Part shown: positions 48,405-56,819 of the stretch, in pieces | Layout: each line of letters begins with the position of its first letter | Position numbering within the stretch: the stretch's first letter is position 1 | NCBI GenBank assembly: GCA_965248925.1 | Contig: CBDFLE010000006.1 | Coordinates: 4,288,001 to 4,352,000 of the forward strand | Length of the DNA stretch: 64,000 nt | Reading direction: 5' to 3' | Source: Candidatus Multivoradales bacterium | GTDB taxonomy: Bacteria > Acidobacteriota > Thermoanaerobaculia > Multivoradales > J023 | Translations under genes and position numbers: made by a program | The notes under the pieces: generated by a model | Database searches by the model: none | What the model was told of the DNA's origin: nothing | Seen by the model: the letters and a program-made list of their open reading frames with translations, nothing else

Positions 48405-50679
48405 TTTGATCTTCGAACTCGAATTCGGCTTGCAGCAGGGTTTCCTCGCCATCGCTTGCCGAAGTTGCCAGCACCTCGATCAAGTAGACGCCGGGGTACA
48501 GCTCGCGCCGGGAGAAGCTGGCCCGCAGTTGGACATCGTCAGCGATCGCTACCGCCAATGCTGAGCGGACTAGTGGTGGGTGTCCCGCTCGGTTAAGGAT
48601 GATTCGGTAGGAATTATAGACTTTGTCTGGGTCTTTGGGTGGATGAGGAAAATCGAGGGTGTATCCAGCGTCGTCGGCCGGCAGCGAATAGATGGTCGTC
48701 GGGCTTTGGTGGCCACGGTATACGTGGGGCTCTGGCAACGAAATCAGCGCCAGATCACCGCTCAGCAAGCGCTGCTCGAACTGCTGTAGATCGCTGCGTT
48801 CACGGATCAGCCAACCGCTGCCCAGCAGCAGTAGCAGAGACGCGGCGAGTTGCAGTTTGCCCCAATGTCGCCAGCGGCTGTTTGGTTCGGTGGACCGTGA
48901 TTGTGGCTCTGTGGCGCCAGGGGTGGCGCTCAGGCGGCGCCGAGCTTCGGCAAGCTCGAAGCGTGAGCGGTCTTGGTAGAGCGGATCAAGGTCGGCTTCT
49001 TTCAGCGCTAGTGAGGTCTTGTGGACCCCACTTTCGAGCTCTTCCCAGATTCGCCGGGCGGCAGCGGTGCAGCCTTCCTCGAGCTGGTTGCAGGTGTCGG
49101 CCGCGTGCAGCCGGTCTGGTGACAACCACAGGCCGAAGCCACAGCGCAGCACCAGCGGGCCGGTAGCTTGAGTGTCCCGAGTGGCCAAATCACGGCTGCC
49201 GATCAGGGGATCGTCATCGGCCGGAATCAGCAACAGGCTGGCGGGAGTCTCTCGGCGATCGATGACTACCCATTCGACCGCTAGGTCGCTGGTGGTGGGT
49301 TCTAGCAAGACATCTCCTATCCGTGCCTGGTCGCCGGAGCGCGAGGTGTTGGCGCCGAGGCGGCGGCGACCGGCGTCCTCGGCGGCCAGTTGGCGAAGCG
49401 TGTCGTAGTGGACACTGCGACTCATCTGTCGATCTCTCTCCTGCTGCTCGGTGGATTCTCCACCCCGTAGTCTACTAACCGGCTGCGTTGTAGAAATGGC
49501 CGCATGGCAATGCTGTAGCTCCTTGCCTAGGGCCTTGAACATGCCTGGAAGGCGATCGCGGGGGATGTCGAGGGTCTTTGCCAGCCGTCTGTGTGAGGGT
49601 AGTCGGCCGTCTTGGCGCAGCCCTTCGAGGCTGCCGTCACCGGCAGCGAATGCTCGCAAATAGGCCCACAAGGAGAGCAGATAGCGTTGGCTCTTGGGCG
49701 CCGCGGTCGAGGCTCGCAGCTGGCGATCGATGCATGCCACCAACTTGCGGAACAGGTCGCGGTCCTCGATCTCCGGCTCTGGTTCCACCAGCAAAACCGC
49801 TGATCGGCGGTCCTCGTCGTTCTCGATACCCACGGCACCCTGGTCCTGAGCCAGTTGGGCGGCCCAGGCACCGCGAATGTTTGCCTTCAACGGTTGCAGC
49901 AACTCGCCGAGGACAAAGCTGTTCACTCCGTGCTCAGGCAATTCACTGAGTCGTCGAGCAAGACGACGGACGACCTCCTGATGCGCTTCTTGGGTGCCGT
50001 GGAACAGCTTGGGAAGAACTTCTTCCGCCCACCCGGCGACCGCCTTGCTCAGCACCGCGGCCGTTGCTGGCGGGCGGTCGTTCTGGAAGCTCAGTAGCGA
50101 GGCACTGAGCAGGCGTCCGGCCACTGCTTGGCGCAACTGACCCCGCGCTACAAGGGTATCGATGGCCGCCCGGAGACGCTCGAAAACTCGGTAGCCCAGT
50201 GGGTCGTGCTTGCGTTGGGTGTCGTGCAGGAAGTTGCGAATACTACGAAACACTAGACCATCGATATTGGGCTTGTGGGCCAGTTGGCGTACCAGCCCCT
50301 CGATGCGGCGCAGGAAAACGAAACTGAAGCACTCGCTGAGCAGCTCGTCCAGTGGGTCGTCGAGGCCTCTGTCGTTGGGGAGAGCCCAGGCGTTGCAGCC
50401 CAGTACGCCGAGGTAGCTGGGCGGGGTGCTCCAGGCGGAGCGTTTCTTCATCTCACTGATCAAGGCGGCTCGCAGCGCCTGCCAGAGTTCCTCGAACAGC
50501 TCCGCTGGCGGTGGCGTACCACTGCCAACGACGCTGACATAGTGAGTGAAGACCAAGGCGGGCGATTCGTACTTTGTTTGTTTCATAGTGGTCCCAAAAC
50601 CCCCTGATGTTGTTGCCGCCGGTGCGACCTGCCCCTCTCTGACTGAGTGCACCTGCGAGCCGAAATCTTGGCTTCCCAT
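48394..50679 (-). CDS. Hypothetical protein; sigma-like N-terminal region, HTH, TM helix and C-terminal domain (start may be 50586)
   Basis: DELLSECF...IRNFLHDTQRK, PSHRRLAKTLDIPRDRL, LQLAASLLLLLG. Confidence 0.6.
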   Translation of the reverse strand: MGSQDFGSQVHSVREGQVAPAATTSGGFGTTMKQTKYESPALVFTHYVSVVGSGTPPPAELFEELWQALRAALISEMKKRSAWSTPPSYLGVLGCNAWALPNDRGLDDPLDELLSECFSFVFLRRIEGLVRQLAHKPNIDGLVFRSIRNFLHDTQRKHDPLGYRVFERLRAAIDTLVARGQLRQAVAGRLLSASLLSFQNDRPPATAAVLSKAVAGWAEEVLPKLFHGTQEAHQEVVRRLARRLSELPEHGVNSFVLGELLQPLKANIRGAWAAQLAQDQGAVGIENDEDRRSAVLLVEPEPEIEDRDLFRKLVACIDRQLRASTAAPKSQRYLLSLWAYLRAFAAGDGSLEGLRQDGRLPSHRRLAKTLDIPRDRLPGMFKALGKELQHCHAAISTTQPVSRLRGGESTEQQERDRQMSRSVHYDTLRQLAAEDAGRRRLGANTSRSGDQARIGDVLLEPTTSDLAVEWVVIDRRETPASLLLIPADDDPLIGSRDLATRDTQATGPLVLRCGFGLWLSPDRLHAADTCNQLEEGCTAAARRIWEELESGVHKTSLALKEADLDPLYQDRSRFELAEARRRLSATPGATEPQSRSTEPNSRWRHWGKLQLAASLLLLLGSGWLIRERSDLQQFEQRLLSGDLALISLPEPHVYRGHQSPTTIYSLPADDAGYTLDFPHPPKDPDKVYNSYRIILNRAGHPPLVRSALAVAIADDVQLRASFSRRELYPGVYLIEVLATSASDGEETLLQAEFEFEDQNVD

Positions 50680-51093
50680 CGCTGACCATCACCTATTTCC
50701 GGTCGCCGGCCTTGCGGCGGGCCACTGGCCGTGCCCCTTCGCGGCTGCCGTGGTGCCGGTGGTTGCCCTACCCCCACCTCGCAAATCATGGCTTAGAAAG
50801 AGGTCGAGTCTAGCGCCACAAGAGCACTCCAGGAAGAGCCGACGATGTCTCGCTGGTGGCCAATTGCGGGCAAACCCGGCCGTTTTACGGAGGCGCCGGT
50901 TATAGGCCAGCGAGGCAACTCGAAAACAATCAGGCCCGTGGTGCTGGCTCAGCTCCCGAAAGAAAAAATCTAGAGAGTCAGCTGCTCGGGCGATGGCGCC
51001 GGGGGGATCCCGGCCCGGCAGAAGTATGGCTAGCTGAAAGGAGGTGGTAGCGACCTACGAAACTCGTATTGAGGGGGTCTTTTCTGACCCCTC

Positions 51094-51148
51094 GTGACTT
51101 CAAGAAACAGTGACTTCAAGAAGTGATTTCAAGAAGTGATTTCAAGAT
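51094..51148 (+). repeat. 13-bp direct repeat GTGAYTTCAAGAA x4
   Basis: Copies at 51094, 51110, 51123 and 51136 (last ends GAT). Confidence 0.9.
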
Positions 51149-51170
51149 CCAACCTTAATAGGTATTTAAG

Positions 51171-52010
51171 ATGAAACTTTCATGTTGTTTAACGAAATGC
51201 ATCGCCTCTTTCTCTCTTCTCCTACTTAGTTCCTTGCCAATCCATGCTGATGGCGACCATGGTGGCACTTGTGCCGAAGCCAGCGTGGTGGGCCAGAGTG
51301 GGGTTAGCGGTGTTCACGAGAGCGCTGCCGACGCTGATTACTTTCGCATCAATATCGCTGCTGCCGGTGTCTTGACGGTGCAACTAGCTGCCGTCGGCCA
51401 GGAGCCCCGTTTGCAGTTTTTGGGCCGCGACTGTGCGGGTAACCGCGTCGCCGTGCACTATTTGGAGAAGAGCGATGTGATCCAGGTGATGGCGGTCGAC
51501 GAAGGAGGTGACTATTTCTTCGCCGTCGTCGGGCCAGCAACCGGCTCCACCGGCTCCTACAATCTATCGAGCAGTTTCTTCGCCTTGCCGACGCAGGCCA
51601 CTCAACAGGTCACCCTGCCACTCCAGTCGGTCGCCCTCTGTGGTGCGCCGCAGGCGCCGCAGGTGACTCTCGAGGATGGCAATGACCTGATCCAGGTGCT
51701 CGACGACGATCCGGTGGATGATGACGGCTCGGGTGAGCAGGTCGTGGTGATCGATGTCGATCAATTTGGCGCCCTCTGGATTGGCAGCGATTCTCTGGCC
51801 GCTACAGGGTCGCTCTACACTGCCGCCGCCTGCGATAGCAAGAGTCAGATCTTCGGCGATGAGTTGCTCGCCGACGGCGGCACGGTATGGCCGCTGGCGG
51901 CTGGCACCTACTATCTGCGCTTGCGTGCTGTTCCGGCTGGCAACTCTTCAGGCAGCGTTGAGCAAGCCCAGTACACCCTGAAATACGTTGCTCTGCCGAG
52001 TCTGGGTTGA
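51171..52010 (+). CDS. Secreted protein with pre-peptidase C-terminal (PPC)-like domains
   Basis: Signal peptide, DHG.T...A, D.DYFRI....G.LTV, G.Y...V....TGSY.L. Confidence 0.7.
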   Translation: MKLSCCLTKCIASFSLLLLSSLPIHADGDHGGTCAEASVVGQSGVSGVHESAADADYFRINIAAAGVLTVQLAAVGQEPRLQFLGRDCAGNRVAVHYLEKSDVIQVMAVDEGGDYFFAVVGPATGSTGSYNLSSSFFALPTQATQQVTLPLQSVALCGAPQAPQVTLEDGNDLIQVLDDDPVDDDGSGEQVVVIDVDQFGALWIGSDSLAATGSLYTAAACDSKSQIFGDELLADGGTVWPLAAGTYYLRLRAVPAGNSSGSVEQAQYTLKYVALPSLG

Positions 52011-52638
52011 GGCCGATGCGGTAACGGCGAAGATGGCTGATACTCAGATGAGTGAAACTTTTTAGGTTTTTTTAAATCTAGGTGACCAGTTTGGCGCTTA
52101 AATGCGCGTTTAGTAGATGACCGCAAAAACAGAGACGAAGGTCAGAGAGCCCCCAGGAGGCGTCGCCGAAGCATTAGCTTGGACGTCGCCTAACGGTTGA
52201 TCGGAGTCTCGCGGTCATCATGGTTGTCAGTTTCTTTTGCCACGGGAGTCTAAGAAACTATTGATTAGTGGCAATTTGACGGAGCGGTTCTGCTTGAGGG
52301 TCCAACCCCTCAATCGTATCCCGCTGGCCCGCTAGCAGGCCGCTCCTTTGGTTCATAGTATTTTCTTGGCGTAACTCTCTATAGTGATTGTCTGGGGTTG
52401 TGGGGCAGCGCAGCGCGAATGCGTTGCGCTGCCCCTCGCCCTCAAAAGACCCCGCCGGTCACGAACTTCCGCTGGGTGACTGGCGCCGCAACCCCTGAGC
52501 ATCCCGCCTCGGCCCAGCAAGGCACCCAAGAACTCCACCACCTGTTAGCTTGCGGCAGTTCCTTGTTAGATGCTGGGGCGAACCCAGCGGTAGACTTTTT
52601 ATGGCTACATCGTTGCAACTACCAGCAGGAGGTTGTCC

Positions 52639-55533
52639 GTGAGTGCCCTGGCGCGTGGCATTGGGCCACTGATATCGATCGTCGTGGCGGTGATTGTGAC
52701 CGTCATTGTGGGCGGATTGCCGGTCGGGGTTGACCGCTCGCATCAAGATGCTACTGACGCTGCTGCGGTGGAGACGCCGCTAGTGTTGGCCACCAACTTG
52801 GCCCAGGCTGCGGCCCATCCGCACCAAGATCCGGATGCCGCCTACCGTTACTTCCTTGACCAACGCGGCCTTGAGGCCGGTAGCGAGATCGACCTGGGCC
52901 GTCGCTATGCGGCGGCGGTTCGGCAGATGGCGAAAATGCCGGTTCATGTAGCCAGTTCTGGTCGCTGGCGGTCGGCGGCAATGGCCAAGACGGGCGAGCT
53001 TGGCCGCTGGCAGAGTCTCGGACCGGGCAATATCGGGGGCCGCACCCGCGCTCTGCTGATCGACCCGCGGCGGCCGCGGACGATGTATGCCGCCGGGGTC
53101 TCTGGCGGTATTTGGAAGACCACCGACGGTGGAGCCTCGTGGCGCGCTCTGGCCGATCTGCTGCCCAATATCGCGGTCAGCACCCTGGCCTTGGACCCGA
53201 CCAACCCGGAGGTGATTTACGCTGGCACCGGTGAAGGATTTTTTCGCGAGGTGGTGCGGGGTACGGCGTTGCCTCTGCGCGGTGCGGGAATTCTGGTGAG
53301 CCGCAACGCTGGCCAGACTTGGCGGCGGCTGCCGGCTACCGCCCATGCCGACTTTCATTGGGTCAATGACCTGGTGATCTCGAGCAGCGATTCGCGGCGG
53401 CTCTATGCCGCCACCCGCAGCGGTGTGTGGCGCTCGCTGGATAGTGGCGACTCGTGGACACGGATATTGGCCAGCACGGTCAATGGTGGCTGTCTGGATT
53501 TGGCGCTGCGCAGCGACCGCAGTGAGGATGTGCTGTTTGCCGCCTGCGGCACTTTCGAACGAGCCACCGTCCACCGGCGGATCGGTGCCGAGGCCGACGG
53601 GCGGTGGCAGGCGGTGCTGTCCGAGGAGGGCATGGGGCGTACTTCCCTGGCGCTGGCGCCCTCCAATCAAGACATCGTCTACGCTCTTTCGGCGAGCTAT
53701 GTCGGAGGACCGGGGGGACTCTACAACGGTGGACTGCACGCGGTCTTTCGTTCGACCACGGGCGGTGCTCCGGGCAGCTTTCAGCCGCAGGTGCGCAACT
53801 CCGACGGCAACCAGCTCAACACCCTGTTGCTGTCCAATCCCATCGGCCAGACAGTGGTCGCCTGCGGTTTGGGTAGCAGCAATTTCAACTCGACGCTGGG
53901 TTGGTACGCCAATGTCATCGCGGTGGACCCGACCGACCCGCAGGTGCTGTGGGCCGGAGGCGTAGATCTCTTCCGCTCTGACAATGGGGGCCAGGATTGG
54001 GGGCCGGTAAGCTATTGGTTCGAGTCCCCGCCCTCCGCCCATGCCGATCAACACGCGCTGGTCTTCGATCCGCGCTATGACGGGACTTCCAATCGGCGGC
54101 TGTTTGTCGCTGGCGATGGTGGGGTCTACCGCAGTGACAACCCCCGAGCCAGCAAGGGGAGCGGGACGCGTGCGACTTGCAGCCGGCGAGAATCCGATGT
54201 GCGGTGGACTAGCTTGGCGCGGGGCTACGGTGTGACTCAATTTTATCACGGCACCCCCTATCCGGATGGCAGCCGCTTCTTCGGCGGCACGCAAGACAAT
54301 GGAACCGTGCGCGGCTCTTTGGCCGCTGGTTTCGATGGCTGGAATCCGCTTTTTGGCGGTGACGGGGGCTATACCGCGATCGACCCGACGAACACCGACA
54401 TCCTCTACTTGGAGACCCAGCGGCTGAATTTGCAGAAATCTGTCGATGGCGGGGCGACATTCAGCTCGGCGATCAACGGCATTACCGAGACCAGTGGCAA
54501 TTTCTTGTTCATTGTTCCTTTTGTTCTCGACCCCAATGACCCGCGGCGGCTGTGGATCGGTGGTCGCAGTCTTTGGCGTAGCGCGGATCGGGCGAATAGC
54601 TGGAACCGGGCCAGCGCCACCCTGCGCGGCCAAGTCAGCGCCATCGCGGTGGCGTTGGGGAATTCCGACCGCGTGCTGGCTGGCACTAGCGACGGTTGGA
54701 TTCATCGCCACGAGGCGGCGACTAGCAGCGTGGCCGCAAGCACTTGGCAGGCGACTCGGCCGCGTTCGGGCTATGTCACTTGGCTGGCTTTTGATCCTCT
54801 CGATGAGCGCGTGGCCTATGCCACCTATGCTGAGTTTGGTGGTCGCCATGTCTGGCGTACTACCGATAGCGGCATTACCTGGAGCGCGTTGGATGGCCAG
54901 GGCACGGGGCGGCTGCCAGATATTCCAGTCCACTCTCTGGTGGTCGATCCTGGTAACCGGCAGCGGCTGTTTATCGGCACCGATCTAGGAGTGTTCGCGT
55001 CGACCGACGGCGGCGCCAGTTGGGCGGTGGAGAACACCGGCTTCGCCAATACGGTGACCGAATCCCTGGCTTGGGTCGAGCGAGCCGGCGGCCGCCCTCT
55101 GCTCTATGCCTTCACCCACGGTCGTGGTGCTTGGAGGGTCGAGGTCGCGCCATCGATGGGTGGCGGTGGCGGTGGTAACGACGATTCCTGTCCTTGGCCG
55201 CTTGGACACGGCCATTTTTGCCGCGATTGCGGTCCTTGTGCCAACGGCCAGGGGGACTGCGATCGGCTTAGTGAGTGCCAAACCGGGCTCGAATGCGTCA
55301 ACGACATCGGCGCGCAGTTTGGATTCGCGCCGGGGATCGACGTCTGTCGACCGGCTGCCGGTGGCGCTTGCCCATGGCCGCCTGGCCACGGCCACTTCTG
55401 CCGCGATTGCGGTCCCTGCGCCTCTGGCCAAGGCGACTGCGATAATGACTCCCAATGCCAGCCGGGGCTTGCCTGCGTTGACAATATCGGTGCCGAGTTC
55501 GGCTTCAGTGTTGCTATTGATGTGTGTCGCTAA
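52639..55533 (+). CDS. BNR/sortilin-like beta-propeller protein with two C-terminal Cys-rich repeats
   Basis: WQSLGPGNIGGR, many S/T-x-D-x-G-x-x-W Asp-boxes, GGTQDNG, THGRG; AGGAGG precedes GTG 52639. Confidence 0.88.
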   Translation: MSALARGIGPLISIVVAVIVTVIVGGLPVGVDRSHQDATDAAAVETPLVLATNLAQAAAHPHQDPDAAYRYFLDQRGLEAGSEIDLGRRYAAAVRQMAKMPVHVASSGRWRSAAMAKTGELGRWQSLGPGNIGGRTRALLIDPRRPRTMYAAGVSGGIWKTTDGGASWRALADLLPNIAVSTLALDPTNPEVIYAGTGEGFFREVVRGTALPLRGAGILVSRNAGQTWRRLPATAHADFHWVNDLVISSSDSRRLYAATRSGVWRSLDSGDSWTRILASTVNGGCLDLALRSDRSEDVLFAACGTFERATVHRRIGAEADGRWQAVLSEEGMGRTSLALAPSNQDIVYALSASYVGGPGGLYNGGLHAVFRSTTGGAPGSFQPQVRNSDGNQLNTLLLSNPIGQTVVACGLGSSNFNSTLGWYANVIAVDPTDPQVLWAGGVDLFRSDNGGQDWGPVSYWFESPPSAHADQHALVFDPRYDGTSNRRLFVAGDGGVYRSDNPRASKGSGTRATCSRRESDVRWTSLARGYGVTQFYHGTPYPDGSRFFGGTQDNGTVRGSLAAGFDGWNPLFGGDGGYTAIDPTNTDILYLETQRLNLQKSVDGGATFSSAINGITETSGNFLFIVPFVLDPNDPRRLWIGGRSLWRSADRANSWNRASATLRGQVSAIAVALGNSDRVLAGTSDGWIHRHEAATSSVAASTWQATRPRSGYVTWLAFDPLDERVAYATYAEFGGRHVWRTTDSGITWSALDGQGTGRLPDIPVHSLVVDPGNRQRLFIGTDLGVFASTDGGASWAVENTGFANTVTESLAWVERAGGRPLLYAFTHGRGAWRVEVAPSMGGGGGGNDDSCPWPLGHGHFCRDCGPCANGQGDCDRLSECQTGLECVNDIGAQFGFAPGIDVCRPAAGGACPWPPGHGHFCRDCGPCASGQGDCDNDSQCQPGLACVDNIGAEFGFSVAIDVCR

Positions 55534-55624
55534 GCTGGCACCGATGGCTTAGAATGTGCGGCCGGTCGACGCCTGAAGGGGGCTGCGATCGGGCCGGCTT
55601 GGTGCTGCTGAGAGAGGTTTCGAG

Positions 55625-56794
55625 ATGGCTTTCCGCGCATACCCTATTGTCTTGGCGATCTTGGTTCTCGGTTCGCTGGCGGCTTGGTTGCTGCCTTTTG
55701 GGCTCAGTGTCGCAGTGTCATCGCCACTACCCTCGCTATTGCCATCGCTTCTGTCATCGTCATCCGAGCCGCTGATGGTGGAATCACGCAGTTGGCTCTC
55801 CGAGATATACACCGTAGATCGCAAGTACGGTTCGATGATGGGCCCTTTTAGCCAGCGCGAGTTGAGCCTGGGCGAGGCAGGTGCACCGCGCGAACTGCTG
55901 TGGATCACCGGCTACCGTGCAGTGATGGTCAGTGCCGACGGCGAGACCCGAGTAGCCCGAGACTTCATGTGCCACTCCAATCTCGATATCAACTCCGAGT
56001 CCCACCGCCAGGCTTTCTCCACCGATCTGGCGTTCAGTCCGCGTCTCTTCACCCTGTCCCAAGGCCAGTTCGAAATTGAATTTCCGGCCGGATTTGGTAT
56101 TCCGCTGCTCTCTGACGAGGTGCTGTCGCTGGGTACGCAAGTGTTGAATCTTAATATCGAAGGGAAGAGCTTCGCGGTGCGCCATCTGGTGACGGTGAAC
56201 TTCGTTCGCCAGAGCCAACTCGAACTGCCGATGAAACCACTCTTTCCTATCGGCGCCTATGGTCTCAAGCTGCTCGCTGGTGATCACGCTTATTTTGGCA
56301 TCACGCGGCCCGACGGCGAGCGGCATGGTCCCGGGTGTCTGGTCGGCAAGAGTGCATCGGAGCATAGCTACGAAGATGCCCTGGGCCAGACCTTCACCGG
56401 CCATTGGGTGGTCGAACCAGGACGTGAGGTCAACCGCACCCTGGTGACCCGGCTGATGCTGGTGCCCTTTGCTACCCGAGTGCATTACATCGCTGTTCAT
56501 CTACATTCCTTCGCCGAGTCTCTGGAGCTACGCGACCTGACCACTGGCGAGACTCTCTTTCGCAGCAGCGCTCGGGGGCATGAGGACCGCATTGGTTTGG
56601 CGGCGGTGGAGCACTATTCGAGCAGCGACGGGTTCGCGGTCTATCCCGACCACGAGTACGAGTTGGTCAGCGTCTACCACAACACCAGCGATCAGCCCCA
56701 AGACTCGATGGCGGTGATGTACATGTACCTACGTGACCATGAATTTGAGAGTCGCTACGCCGTTCGCCAGGACTTTGACCAGTTGTTGCGTTGA
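55625..56794 (+). CDS. Membrane-anchored protein, copper type II monooxygenase (PHM/DBM)-like
   Basis: N-terminal TM, LSQGQ..I.FP.GFG, HYIAVHLH, Y.N......DSM. Confidence 0.55.
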   Translation: MAFRAYPIVLAILVLGSLAAWLLPFGLSVAVSSPLPSLLPSLLSSSSEPLMVESRSWLSEIYTVDRKYGSMMGPFSQRELSLGEAGAPRELLWITGYRAVMVSADGETRVARDFMCHSNLDINSESHRQAFSTDLAFSPRLFTLSQGQFEIEFPAGFGIPLLSDEVLSLGTQVLNLNIEGKSFAVRHLVTVNFVRQSQLELPMKPLFPIGAYGLKLLAGDHAYFGITRPDGERHGPGCLVGKSASEHSYEDALGQTFTGHWVVEPGREVNRTLVTRLMLVPFATRVHYIAVHLHSFAESLELRDLTTGETLFRSSARGHEDRIGLAAVEHYSSSDGFAVYPDHEYELVSVYHNTSDQPQDSMAVMYMYLRDHEFESRYAVRQDFDQLLR

Positions 56795-56819
56795 ATCGCG
56801 GTCCGTGCCGTCGCTTGAG

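Noticed and set aside
51094-51148. CRISPR array
   Set aside because: Repeats are 13 bp and essentially abutting, with no spacers and no cas genes
52092-52105. Sigma54-like TGGCGCTTAAATGC
   Set aside because: GG-to-GC spacing is 9 rather than the required 10
52780-54933. 717-aa antisense ORF and similar long shadow ORFs
   Set aside because: They lie opposite well-supported genes and are expected in high-GC DNA; no recognisable motifs
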